The notes under the pieces were generated by a model. That model made no database searches and had not been told where the DNA came from. It saw only the letters and a program-made list of their open reading frames with translations. Positions 47,988-61,504 of a DNA stretch of 64,000 nucleotides are shown piece by piece. Source of the stretch: Spongospora subterranea f. sp. subterranea (lineage: Eukaryota); NCBI GenBank assembly GCA_049724395.1, contig JAUGWO010000145.1, positions 62,001-126,000 of the forward strand, in the 5' to 3' direction. Each line of letters starts with the position of its first letter. The first letter of the stretch is position 1. The translations under genes and the position numbers were made by a program.

Positions 47988-50900
47988 ATGATAAGCGGCC
48001 TCATTGATGACAGTTGTATGGTGAACAATGACAATTGGTCACCAACAATTGAGAACTTAGATGTCGGATTTGGCAATGGTCAGGGCTTTACAAGATTATT
48101 GTTAACATCTGAACCTGAATTTGTTTCAGGGTTCTCGCTGCACGATGAACCCATTCACCCGGAAAGGGGTATCACGGCTGGGCAGCATGAGTTAGCCAAC
48201 AATGGCAGCTCCAAATTGTGTTTTACATGTGTGCTATTATGTCTTTCAACTCAGGATGATTTGTTCAAAGATTTAGTGTTGGATACCATGAACAAGGTAG
48301 AGCACTTCATAACGTGGAATCAGCACTAAACTTGATTTAGCATTTCTCCACGAATGCGGTTGCTGTGGCATTGTGGAAAAACCATGTTTTTTGTCGAGAT
48401 ATCATTACCCTATTGAGCACAAGTAAGATACATTTTTCACTTTTGTACTATGAGAATCAAAAACCTTGCTTTTACCAGTGCTCTTGAACAGCGTAGCCGA
48501 TACTCGTTTCAGTGACAAAATGCTAAAACTATTGTTTCACGTCATTGAAGTCTGCCCCCATGGACCTGCGGATGTTCTTACTTTCGCTTTCAATCAAGCC
48601 ATTGGAATTTTCGAGGTGGAGCCTCTAAATTTTCGGGTGTCCCTACCTTCGATAAGAGTTCTTTCTGGTTTGATTTGTATATTCAACACGCATCGTATCG
48701 CTCTTCCTGGGTATATATCAGAATTCCTCTTGAGAATAACAGCAACTTGGATGGCTAATCCTCCACAGCAAGCGTTATTTGAATATAGCTGGATGGTGCT
48801 GGAGCTTATCAAGGCAGACCTCAGGGTTTTTGGCAGTCTCCTCAACAATATCCCAGTTATCAATGCACTGCGAAACTCCACAGTACCAAGCATTACACAA
48901 AACCTTCTCGACAGTATCTACATTGTAGCGTCTACCTCGATTTCACTTCTTTGCGAGGATACTATTGCTGCCATCAACTGTCGTTTGTGCCTAGAACTGT
49001 CGACTTGCGTTGAGTCCAAGGTTTTTTCATCACCCATCAGTTTCCTCTTATTATCTTCTAATCATACGGTACTAGAGCATTATTTTGTTGGCCATGATAT
49101 TGAAGTGTTCTCCCAAAGTGTGCCTGGGATCATCTCCTGCATCTGTCGAATTACTGTTACAGCACTTAAATTCTTGCGATGACAAAACTACAGACGCGCA
49201 GCTTCTGAGTTCAGCTATTTGTGCTGCGGTGAAGGAACCTCTTTATGCAGCGGAAATGGATTACGGTAAATGCAGCTTAAAGTCTGACATCAATATCATG
49301 ATAGTCAAGTACAGCTCTGGATCTCGTTGTTGGTATGGCTACAGCAAATATTCGAGAGAGCAGATCTCACGTAGATTCACTGTTGGAGGTTCTTCAGTCG
49401 ATGGCCCAGTATCAAAGCCAAAAAATGGAGGATATCTTCAACGACGAGTGCCATGATGCGCTGGAGGAACTTATTTTCCTACTGCAACAACCTTTTTGCG
49501 ACAATGTGACTAACAGATCGAGTTGTATCAGATTTTTCTCGGTTTCAGTCGATGTGTTGAATGTGATATTGAGGGGTAGGTTGGTGAAGTCAAACTTGTG
49601 AGGCAGTGGGCATAAATTTTTTTTAAGTTCGCCTGCTAACTCACGAACTGCAAGAAGCCATTCTGGTAATTCTTGACACAATATGCTCCGGTTTGTTGCA
49701 ACATGTAGTCAACTATGAATTCATCTCCCAGGTACAACAATATTGCATCTACATAGGTTTTCACTTAAGAGTATGCAAAGGTGCTGATTTCAACAATCGT
49801 AGTGTTTCAAATATTTTTGTCGGTGGCGGCGCCTACGGTTTTCGCTTTTGCTGTCAAAGAAATTGCACTGCAGATTTTTCTTCCAGCTTTTGAAAATATA
49901 GCAAATCAAGCACAGTCTTGTACTAGGCTGGTGGATGAGTTTTACGAAGTTTTAGCATCCATCTGCCAGTATACAGGAGACGTGTCGTTTATATCCAATG
50001 GATCTCCTGTATTCAAGGTTTGGTGGGCATTAACTTTCTCTAGACCAGAAACAGGTGGCCGGTGTATTGGCCGTGTCCGGTTCATGCAGGTTCTGATGAT
50101 TGCGGGTGTCATCCCATATATTGACCATAACCTGGATGCTTGTTGGATGGATCGTTTGCCCGAGGTAGCAAGGAATGGAAGTAAGGAGAAGGAAATGTTT
50201 CTGATATTTTAAGTCTGACCTGCAGCCATAGTTGACCTTGAGAGACTTGGCAAACACATTTCAATACACGATCCCGGAGAAAATTTAGCTGTGGTTTGTA
50301 TGCTTTTATGGGGATTGAAGGCTCAAGCTGTTTCCAAGGTACCGTGCTTATGTTTGGTAGCTTCAATATCTTCATGAACCCACAGATTGACGCGGTTAAC
50401 GTTCTCTCGTTTATTGAAACTGCTGAGGAGTTACTTTTACTCCAGCAAAGCACTGTCTTCGATAGGCAGAAACTATTGACCTCAATTTATTCGTTCTTTA
50501 TCGCAGTAGAGATCGAAGTTCAATATTCCATTACGGCAGATTGTACTTCTTCATACTGTTTAAATGCCGTCAAGTTAGTTGAGCAGTTTCCTGAGTTACT
50601 ACTCACGTCATTCGTCCAGTACAAAAAAGTGTGGGATTGGATATGGAGCGATACGAAACATTCGGATGCCATTAACAGCATTCGTCAAACTATTGTCTTC
50701 AATCCAAGCTTTGATCGCGAATACTTACCAGCTCGATTGTCAACTCTATTGACGCTATGCAGTGCGATCAAACTTCCCGCTTCGGATGACAAACGGTGCT
50801 TCCTACTCAACACATACCAGCACTGTCTCGAGCAATACAACCCCGACTTTAAGCAAGATTATTCCTTTCTCAAATCAACCTTGGATCAGTTCCTTTCGGA

Positions 50901-52362
50901 GCGCGATGAGTCTTTCAAAGGTCACCTTGCTAAAATGCTTGTTACCACTTTTTTTCGCGTTCCAACGGCAATTCCGAAATCCTTCTTTGAACAAAATTGG
51001 CGTCATTTCAAACGAAACGTTCGGGTTTCAGATGAATATGAATTAAAACTGTTGCGATTGATTACACCGCAACGACCTGACGGCATGATTGATATTTGCT
51101 ACTGGAGGCTATCACGACAAGTACTAAACCACTGGCACGCTATGACAAGAACGACGCGAGAACTTGCTCTGTCTATTCTGCATGACCATATATGTTCTAT
51201 ACATGAGGCCCATGAAGCGCTGAACCGTGCTGGTGAGATTTGTTTAAAACTCACAGAACTGGCAACTACGGAACCGACGAGTGTGGCGTCAAGTTATGCT
51301 TTCGCTATTATAAGGCACATGATTTCCATAGGGAGCTTATCTTTAGGTCGGTCGATACTGTTTACGACAGCCACCACAGTTTCATTCGAGCTTTGTATGC
51401 GATTCGCTTCAGCGGCAATCATATCAATCGTCTGGGCAACTGAATCCGGAGAAAATCCTGTAGGTCCCTGTTCTCACTGACTCGTTGGTTTCTAATCATG
51501 GCCTCAGGCAGAATTTCTTTGCCTACTGCTTCTTTCTTCCCCATTGGCTTGGAAATCAGCAATCTTTACTACCTTTGCTTTGCATCTACCATATTTAGTG
51601 ACCTCGCAATCCAAGACCGATTACATCATCATGCTTTTTGCAGCAGCATTAACATATAATCCTACCAGAACATGGTACATGTTTTCCGAAGCTGAGCTTG
51701 CCAAGTTTATTGATTGCACTGCGACACAGCAAGTAGTGTCACCAACATCTCGTTATTGGGGAGCTCTGAACATCGTTGTTGTTCATATCTTGATTGACCA
51801 CAGAAGTGGTACGGAATTGATTCAGAGACATGGTCTTGGTGACATCTTGTCGACGCATGGAATTGAACCCCGATTAACAATTACCAAATCCGAGTTGATT
51901 TCAATTGAGAATTTGTTTTTCAACTTCAACTGCAAACGAGTTCTGACCGTAGCAAGCCCAGAATCGGCTTCTACTTCTCGCATGGAATTTTCCCCAGCCT
52001 TGTGTTTTCCGGATTTTCTGTATTCCAATTCTTCTTTGACTTGTTCATGGTCAGCTGCTTATGCTGCAAACACTGTCGCCAACAGCAGACGTCGACTAGT
52101 CTTCCGCACTGGTGTCAAGCTCTCCAAGAAGCTCGGCCTAAACGGTCCCGGATGCGTTGAGATGAAATGCAACTATTGCGGAGCTGGAGGGTTCAATACA
52201 AAGACAAAACATGCACATATCAGAAAGTGCCACTGGACCTTCAAATGCGAAGTTTGCGTCCTCACGTTCATCACAGAGAAAAGGTTTTCAGAACATATCT
52301 TAGCAAAACATGGAGAAAACCAAGTCATGCCGCAAGAGAAACGCATGGTAAAACGGATATAA
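47988..52362 (+). CDS. Large ARM/HEAT-like helical protein with two C-terminal C2H2 zinc fingers (possible MEI1/PRD1-like)
   Basis: Chain of Leu-rich plus-strand ORFs separated by short introns; C-terminal CNYC...HIRKCH and CEVC...HILAKH; N-terminal KLCFTCVLLCL. Confidence 0.65.
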
Positions 52363-52419
52363 CACACTTGTAATTGATAAATTTTGTTTCGTGAAAAATT
52401 GCAGCACGACGTATTGTGA

Positions 52420-53774
52420 TTACACAGGCTTGCCCTCTTGACGTGCAGTTGCTGAGCTACCACCCAATCCAAACCAAGACGCAATAGACTTAATGGCTCC
52501 GGTGCCTTCATTCGACTTCTTGGCATTCCCAATCTTTTGCTCTCGCAGCACCTTGTTCCGAGCCATTCGATGTTCGATGAACTTCTGTACGCCGTCAACT
52601 CCAGGATATTGACGAAGTACTTCTCTAACGTCGGTTACATCATCTGCGACAATACTCTCTAGAACCGGAATAAGTTGAAGTAAAGCAACATCTTCGGAAT
52701 CGCCCTCGAACTTCTTGATCTGTATACCATTGTGGGGATGCATCGAGAATGCCTCTGGTTCATCATCGACTATAATGACTTTCGCCAAATCACGGTTGAG
52801 CTTGGAAAGGTCTTTGATATGAACTCCCTTTCTGTAGGTTGTTGCATCTCTATACAGGCGATGAGTTATAACGCGATGACGATCTAGCTGCGTCAGTAAA
52901 GGCTCAAGAACTGCTTGATGACCAGACGAGAAGGTGCAAATCTCATAACCCGCTTGAAACATTCCTGAATTCGACATTGTTTCAGAAAGTTTGACGATCA
53001 ATCAAACTGTGACCGACTTAATAGAAATAAATCCACATTGGGTCGCTTGACAGGGCGCCAACCAACACCGCGTTGATATTCATTGAACACTAACGACCCT
53101 TCAACATCAAGAACTAGGGTCCGAGGGATGTTCCCGAAAGCCTGCGTTCATAGACGGCACCCTTTTTCAGCACAAATACAGCCCAATGGAATACAGCAGC
53201 AATCTTACATCTGGTGGTGCAGGAGGAAGTAAGATCTCGGAGCTGGGATCAGCGAAATCCGATACCACTTCGTTGAACATACTCGAGATTTTCTGTTTGA
53301 CAGCAACGAAGGGCCATAAAACTGAGCGAGTAGTTAAAAAAACAAATGGCAGGAAAACCCATTTTTTGATATACCCGCATTGACTGTTCTGTCGAAAATC
53401 GTAGTTTCATGGTCGATATGATCGTTGGCCAATGACTATAATGAACAACGTATATTAGACGATGACCGTTTAATGGCGATAGAGTGACTACTGACATAAT
53501 TCCCCCCAGGAATATGCTGCTTATCCTGTTGTTTGCGATATTCACTGTAATAATATCCACCGGCTAGAACTGATGCCAAACCAGACCCAATCACAAACAG
53601 GCGATTCCCCGATAACGGTGATGACGCACTTCGAACTGCAGAAACTAGAGCAAGAAGGACGTGGAGGATGAGCCAGATCCGATGATAACCCTTGTTATAT
53701 ATATTACCTATTGGCCTGATATGTCTTGTGGACCCTATATGAACAGACAATCGTCTAGAGAGTAAGGACGCCAT
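52420..53774 (-). CDS. TIM50: Mitochondrial import translocase subunit Tim50
   Basis: Presequence-like MASLLSRRLS, TM segment, SEILLPP, PRTLVLDVEGSLV...GWRPVKRP, RLYRDAT...HIKDLSKLNRDLAKVIIVD...HPHNGI. Confidence 0.92.
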
Positions 53775-54677
53775 TCCCGGTCCACAATCACTGCAGTGCC
53801 GAGAGCCCGAGTTGGCAATCACGGACCATGGCCAGGCCAATGGGGATTGCCGTACAGGGCCAGTATTATGACTATGGGGCTCTCCGCTTTTGTCAAATCA
53901 GCTAAATGTATTGGGTAGAGAGGTTCGTTCGTTCATATTACCGTTGATAAATGGGCAATTGGTCCACCAATCCCCCTCAAATGCCTTATCTTGAATTGGC
54001 CAGTCCATCCGACAAATTAGTTTTGAACACCTTTTTGGGTCGCCCATCACGGTTTCACTTAGACCAATTTTTTGTGGTTAATGGACTGAGTGAATAATGA
54101 TTATTTTGGACAGGTCTATGATCTATCTACGAGGGTGTTTATTCATATGAATAGTTAAACCCGATAGAGGATATTGATTTTGGGTAATGGTCATGATGGA
54201 CAATAGATTACTACCGGACAGCAATGTTCTGGCTGAATAGCAATGACTGATTATGATCATGAATCACATCACCTCGTGCATTGCCCGACTTCCTATCACG
54301 TACTGCCGGTTTGAAAGCGATATCGTGATTCACTAACAATGGCCATTGTGATATGTGTCAGGCACATGCAGGCGTGCGACACCATATGAGAGTGAGCCGA
54401 TATCCTATCGAGGGCGTTGGTTGGTTGGTTGGCAGCGATTGTGGCAATACAGTCGATATATCTGATGTGTGTGTGTGTTGTTCTGGACAGTTGTGGTGTC
54501 TCTCACTTCACTCTGAACCTCCTTCCCCTCTGTGACCTTATCTCTCGTGCTCCTCCTTAATCTCTACAACACCACCACCAACAATTCCTCTTCACGACCG
54601 ACACTCCATCCCCCGTCGTCATCTCCCACCACTCCCCAATTTCTCAACGGCCTTAAATCATATTCCTTGTCTAACGA

Positions 54678-55998
54678 ATGCTGCGAATGCGTCGCCAAGG
54701 CGGATCGTTATCGCCATCTAAAGTGCAATGTTCTCCTGGCACTATCGAATCCGGTCGTTTTATCAGTAATCAATACTTGTGCCGGTTCATGTTCCTGGCC
54801 CTGATCGTGATCCTATTCTATCTCCCCACGACCTTAACCCGTCACCTTCTCACCTATAAGCGATATTACGAATTACCCAATCAGGATATGGCCCAGTTCT
54901 GTCCAAGGCGCTATCCGGGTTCTAAGCTGGATCTGGGCCCAGGATCGTACTTCATCGCCCTCAATCTGCACAATAGCGAGAAGGTGGTGACCTATATTAT
55001 CCCTCAGATCCAGCGCCTTATCGACGCCCTCGGCCCCGACCGAATATTCATTTCGATATACGAGAGCGGTAGTGTCGACAATACCGCTCAATGGTTGAGA
55101 ATATATCGACAGTTTCTCGACTCCCATCACATTCCTAACGAGGTCATCTCCGATCAACGCTCCCGTAGTCAACAACAGCACCGAATCGATTATCTGTCGA
55201 TAATCAGGAATACGGTCATGGCCCCATTATATCAACACCGATTTAAACCCGATTACGTCGTGTTCATCAATGATGTTGTAGGTGGATCACTAATCCCCAT
55301 ATCCTATTCCCCCCTGATCTTATACCGCCCTCCCTAGTTCTTCTGTGCAGAGGACGTCTCCCGTCTTGGCCAGCGCCTTATCCAAGGTCCTCATATCAAT
55401 ATGGCGTGTGGTCTCGATCTGGTCTCTGAGCCCCATTCCGAGATCCTGTTCTATGATAAATGGGCGGCCAGAGATATAACAGGTGCAATCCTAAGCGGGA
55501 ATTACCCCTTCTTCTCCCGCGCTCAAGACGTCAATCGCATCAAAGCGGGATTACCTGTACCGGTTTACGCCTGTTGGAACGGTCTAACGGTCGTCAAGGC
55601 GAAGGTGTTCGACACGGTCCGGTTCCGATCAGCCCCAGATGGCGCTTGTCTATCGTCGGAATGCACATTATTCTGTCAGGATGTGTGGAAGGCGACACCT
55701 GGCAATATCATTATCGATCCGGCTGTTGTTGTCGTATATGATGAGTATTCGGCCGCGCGTCTCATGAACTTCCCGATCGCCGGTATTGGGGATTCGTCGA
55801 TACCGATTGTGGGAACGTCGCCCAATCCCGAACCGGCGCCCTTGTTTTATGATTGCATGCCAATGATTGGGGTCAATTCTGAGGCTCACTGAGGCGTCAC
55901 GATTGCGATTCCTACAGGAGTCGTCATCGCGTTCACTCAATTGTTGGGGGTTTGGCCATCCGTTGCACATATCGAATAGATATGATGTCGCAGCCTGA
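54678..55998 (+). CDS. GT69 / CAP59-CMT1-like alpha-1,3-mannosyltransferase, type II membrane protein
   Basis: YFIALNLHNSE, IFISIYESGSVDNT, RIDYLSIIRN..MAPL, VVFINDV, MACGLD, FYDKWAARD, VYACWNG, SECTLFCQD, IIIDP motifs. Confidence 0.88.
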
Positions 55999-56095
55999 TT
56001 TCATCACGTCAGATCATTAAAACATATCTATTTCAGATCGATAACCGGCTCATCAATGTCGAGGCCCCGATTACTTTACTCCAAACCAATGATCA

Positions 56096-56358
56096 AATTG
56101 TTTCCTTGTAATTGTTCTTCCCTTTCCTTGTAATTGTTCTTCCCTTTCCTTGTAATTGTTCTTCCCTTTCCTTGTAATTGTTCTTCCCTTTCCTTGTAAT
56201 TGTTCTTCCCTTTCCTTGTAATTGTTCTTCCCTTTCCTTGTAATTGTTCTTCCCTTTCCTTGTAATTGTTCTTCCCTTTCCTTGTAATTGTTCTTCCCTT
56301 TCCTTGTAATTGTTCTTCCCTTTCCTTGTAATTGTTCTTCCCTTTCCTTGTAATTGTT
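56096..56358. repeat. 22-bp minisatellite, ~12 near-identical copies
   Basis: TTTCCTTGTAATTGTTCTTCCC repeated (56101, 56123 ...). Confidence 0.97.
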
Positions 56359-57869
56359 CCAGCAACAGTTTGAAGTAGAGAATGATCAGACTGAACAGAG
56401 CGTGTCATAATTTGGGTGTCTCTGGTTGTGCTGCGATTGCTGCTTGTGCCGCCTGTTCCTACTCGCTGTTCTTTATTTCAGATTCACTGGTTCGTTGCCC
56501 AGAACAGATAAAGATGATATTTGGTGAGTGTGTGTTATACAATCATCTCTGATTGCGACTGAGCTGTGTGCAAGTACAGGACGTGTTCCTTGGCCTAAAC
56601 TGGGCCCTTTTAAAACACAGATTGGTCACAATGGGTCGCTAAAGGTCTCATCTTATCTTTATAGATAGCTGGATTAAAACAAGATCGCAAACGATAGTAG
56701 AACTGTACGAGCAATGTCTTTAACGTTGAGACGGATGAACTTGGGGAGGTTCTTAAAGATCAGAATGGTTTTTCCACGAGAAGTCAACGTGAGCATTACG
56801 CCATGAGGATGGATGAAAGGTTGCATTGTGCCCTTGAATTGCTCAGGTCAACGTATTTGACCTCAATCAACCTTGTTTGTGGAATGTGATGATGTTGAGC
56901 ATGTATCATGCCATTAATCACGATATCAGTTAACGACTCCATGCTGCATGCCTTTCATCAACCAATGAAACTCCTTCATGTTCCAAACACATATTCCGTT
57001 ATGAGACACCAGGTCATAATCAACTTTATTATGGTGGATCCAAGAAACTGCAACAAGTCTGATCTTTTGACTCAACAGGATTTAGATCCAAAAATTTAGC
57101 GAAAAGGGGCAGAAATGATATCAATTTGAACAATGGCATGCGATTTGCGGGAACGAACAATTCAATTGTGTTCGGTCTCTAAAATCATCACACCTCATAA
57201 AGCAATTAAAATTGGACGCTGCGATGAAATATCGCTTTCACTATCAATCAATTCATCTTTTGTTGTTGAATGTGGCCCATGTTCGGCCATAAACCGTTTA
57301 CTACTGGCAAAAACTCAAACCGATATTGATATTCCTCATGGTGGTCGCATACGGCAGATACTAATATTCTTGCCAGACAAATAAAATCTGTTATGTGAGG
57401 CAATTGATTAATTTGAGTATGCGCCCCCAGCTGCAAATGTTTTTCTTTTCGTCGGTGCCAAATCCTACTCGGAACAGCGGAAAAACAAATGATAACTACT
57501 TTTGATGAAATTCAAAAAATATTCAATAAAAAATACTAGTATATCAGAAAAACTCTGTATGAAATCTATATGAAATTCACATAGAAACTTGGTATAATAA
57601 CATTATTTTCTTTTTGGTTCAACATAAAAAACATACGTCGTTTCAAAAATCGCAGATTACGAGCAATTTTTTACGAGCTTTTAAGAATGTGGATAATTTG
57701 AATTTGGGATGAGAAACTGGTTGGGTAAAATTGATGGTAGATGTTTAGGACAAAGTTGAAGATTGATGATCAACTGGTTGAGAATGTTATGAGATTGATA
57801 ATGAGGTGGCGGAAATGATTATTGATGAATGATGATGAATTGAACGAATAAATCTAAATTATACTAACT

Positions 57870-58460
57870 GGGGCCTTGGCTGCTCTTCCTTTACTTGCAA
57901 GTTCATCCTAGACATAAAACCCAGAAGGCCATCGTTGTCATTGCAATCACCTCTCATATCTGACTACCCCATTAGGTGCATATCCAACAACACCTGTAGT
58001 GACCTGCAATTTCAACGGAGGTCAAACCAGTTCAATGGACGGTTCAGCAAAGCGAGTCGACAATAAGGTTGTCCTAGCCATTCAGATTAAGTTCAATGTT
58101 CACATATAACCGAACGCACAATGCTGCCGAAAACGATGTTGTTTTGAAGAAGGAATTATTTTTGCGAGAATCAGAGTAATTGAAGATGCCCTTCCTATTC
58201 GCTGATCCTGGTGGCATTATAGCGAACGAACTCAGGCATTATGGTCAACATAAAGTTCAATAATGTTGGAGGAAATCCTTTGCCGTAATACCAGCCATCG
58301 TAATCAGACAATCTGTTGATATCAAACAGACTGCCATCTATCGCCTAACAACAACCTGGAAATCCACTCGTATCCCTGGAGGCGGAACCCATCTTGATCT
58401 GATTGCGGAAAGCAACATCCACGACCTGTTTTACAGATCGGAGAGGTGTCGGTTTGCTCA
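57870..58460 (-). pseudogene. PIF/Harbinger (DDE_Tnp_4-like) transposase relic
   Basis: Reverse strand reads GFPGCC*AIDGSLFDINR..YDGWYYGKGFP and, in another frame, PGSAN.KGIF, matching the GFPxxxGAIDG / PGSxxD motifs; multiple stops. Confidence 0.65.
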
Positions 58461-58672
58461 TACCGAAAGCATAGCGGTGGTTGGTTCATCCCCCTCAAAC
58501 TAAACCCAATATTAGTGCATCACTACCGTATAACGTACTGGACCACTGTTCCTCTCTTAAATCACGTCCAACTTAAGTTTTGACCGATTCAACGCAAAGC
58601 AGTGTATACTCGTTGCTGAAAATAACCACAAAGGCGCCGACCACCCCATTTTTCCTAAGCTTCTTTATTTTG

Positions 58673-59950
58673 TTAATTTTCTTCCGTTGGGCATTTGTAG
58701 CTCCCGTCACGATGGTTATCGCTTCGAACAGCACCACCTTTGATGCAGATAGAGCACTTGCCCTTCCGTAAACCCTGAACTTGTTTCACAGTAGACGATT
58801 CGCATTCTAAGCCATCATTCTGCATCCCGTCAACCGTTGACTCATATAAATATGATCTGAACCCCTGGGAGGTGCAACTCGCGTTGATATCCTGAACAAA
58901 GGCGCCCCCCATACAAATGTTGACTATTCCGGAAAGAGAGTCGATACATCGTCAGCAACTTAAAGTGTACTATTGATATCGCGCGGCTCTATTGTTTTTC
59001 AAAGATTGCTCTTCTTCGTATATTGTACATCCGTTTTTCGTTTGGTAAACAGTACTTTGATAAACGCTCATATCGAGATGTGCTTGTGCTGAATTCGAAA
59101 CTGTCACAATGAAGACCTTGTGATCATTAGCAGATAACACGAGGTTAAACGTTATCAAAACCTTGCTATATAACTGTGGTCATTCATTCTCCAGCGTCGT
59201 TGAAGATTAGAAACATCAATGAGTTTAGGGAAAAATCGACAGAACACAGCACAAATGCCTGCTAACGGAATAAGGCAGGATGTGAAAACAGCACAGCTAC
59301 AAGCGGGAATCTTCCCCAAGCGATCGTCAGAAGCGATAATTTCATGAACCAATCTGTGTCCATGTGATAATACTCATTAATCGATTTGCTGATCGTGAAT
59401 CTCTTCCGCACGGGTCGTTGTCATATTGCTTCAACGTCAACGCTCCATATCCGATGGTTTTGAATGAGCGTACATAGTGTTTCGAGAGAACGTGTTTTTG
59501 ATCGGGTGAACTGGTGCTCAAGACGCTGCCACAATTGGAGCAGGTTGTATCCCCTGACTTTTTTCATTTTTTCACCTTTATTTTCAATGACCGAGTTCAC
59601 TCATTCTCCTCGTTATGTGTGCTGGATTACGAACGACCGCCTGCAATTTTCGGATTCATCCAATATGATGCCGGTGACAACATTTTCCCTAAGCAATCGA
59701 CGTTTGTAAATGGCAAGAGCTTCAGGTTGTATCCCTTCGTGTTTTGTGTTCCGTCAATGATAGTGGAATCATTGTATGCCTCAGTATATGATGCTCAAAA
59801 CGCTTTACCGACGACTGTAAACCGTCTTATTCCGAATCGTTGTTCATGAATTGCCCCAATAAAACGGTTTAACCGCAAGTTTAGAAATCCGCCAGTAATG
59901 AAATTCATAGTCCTGTAAACCACAAAATAACTCGACAAGCGTTTTACCCA
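58673..59950 (-). pseudogene. MULE transposase relic (C-terminal half with SWIM finger and zinc knuckle)
   Basis: T*RGE*VNSVI (TQRxESxNS-like), CSCAVFTSCLIPLAGICAV (SWIM-like), KCSICIKGG..NHRDGSYKCP (knuckle), all in broken frames. Confidence 0.6.
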
Positions 59951-60833
59951 CTTGGAGGGCCGAGAAGTGTATCGACTCTGGAAATGTTGGACATTCTGAG
60001 GTGTCCACAAAGTGGGAATGTCGAGCGCCGAGAAATCCCGATCCGGGAAATGTGGAGCGTTCAGAGGTGAGGAATCGGTATAGCAAGTCCTCGTGCATCA
60101 CGATGCAATGGAAGGTGACGGTTTCAATCGGCGGTGCAATCCAACGGCGGCGGCAGGCGTGACGACGTCCTAGATGGAAAGGGAAACGTCTCATACCTGT
60201 ATGTATGTTGTGGAGATCGCTGCCACATATTCATAATAAAGCGAGAGACACCGCCGTTTTCACCATTTTGCATAGCCTGATTCATGAATTTCGACATACA
60301 ATCCGGATCGGATTCGAGGTGAATTTCTACACAATAACCCAGTCGAAGACGTTCGACCAGGGTTTAGAACCCTGAGGAATTCTCGAATCTGCAACGGCGT
60401 AACTATCGAATAACAGGTTAGGTATGCAAGAGTTTATATTTGAACAATACTTGGAATGCGTGTGACAATTGATGAATCATGTCCAGCTCTTCTGTATCCA
60501 AATAATTCACAGCAGTTCCTCTTGATATTACATGATTATAATCCATACAGTTGTATGGCCACAACAATATCTGAACTGGCCCAATCGAATGGTGACCGCT
60601 CATGTACCAAGAGCATGTTGATTGCAGAAATTGTTTCGGTTTTCATCGACGGATCCTTTTAATTGCAATAAGGTTTGACACGCTGCCAAACCTTGTGCTA
60701 CCCATCCCATGTACTGGATGGGGTTTCAGTTTGAAAAAAGGATGTTATCCACAATGAACTATAAATCCTCCAACCTTAGGATAAATAGCAACAAATGTCA
60801 TGAACCCGTGCGGCCAATCCAGAAGATCTGTCT

Positions 60834-61234
60834 GATCACTATTCCAGTGACAGCAATCCTCCAACAGTTAGTTTTGAATTCATTGCGATTAGATCAGCTG
60901 CCCGCCAAGAACCAGTCAGCCAAGGCCAGATCCCATAAACCGTTCTTCCCATCATCACTGCCTCAACGACCGGTCCCGATGGTGATCGAGGTGGTTGGGT
61001 GAGGTGTCGAGCGAATGATTTGCAGGGGTCTCGAAGGGGTTTAACCGCATCGATCACCATCGTGGCCGGTCGTTGAGACAGTGATAATGGGAAGAACGGC
61101 TTGTGTGTGGTTGGAATTCGTCGATAGCTGGTGCAATTGACGGTTCTGGCACCGCCCATCGCTGCAGCCGCTGATCTAGTCGCAATGCATCCAGAACTGA
61201 ATGTTGGAGGAGTGCTGCCAATGGAATAGTGATC
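60834..61234. ncRNA. Candidate long hairpin RNA / miRNA precursor (~400 nt)
   Basis: Outer stem 60834-60898 with 61170-61234 (65 bp, 9 non-identities, no indels); inner stem 60934-60996 with 61043-61105 (63 bp, 8 non-identities, no indels); short middle stem GCCA(A)GAACC(A)GTCA / TGACGGTTCTGGC. Transcription not shown. Confidence 0.55.
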
Positions 61235-61504
61235 TGGCAACGCGAATCACGACGGAAATGGCTATTGAGACAAAGAGACGTCGATTGACAAGGTTGCGGT
61301 GGAGATGCTGGAGACGCATTGAGAAAGCGAAGGCCGGATGGGAGGATAGAAAGAGAGAGAGAGGGAGGAGATATATGAGAGGTTGGTAGAGGTGGCTATA
61401 CAGTAATCACTCCACAGAACAATGAGACCGGTTCAGTCAATGAGGCAGGATCAAGGGTTGAACCCGAGGTTTGACCACGGAATGCGAATTCTCTTTTGAT
61501 CAAT

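Noticed and set aside
56076..56408. Repetitive Lys/Arg/Glu-rich proteins (ORFs 56076-56408, 56093-56365)
   Set aside because: By-products of a 22-bp minisatellite cycling through the three frames.
56400..57860. hAT-like transposase fragment
   Set aside because: No convincing motif in any frame; left unannotated.
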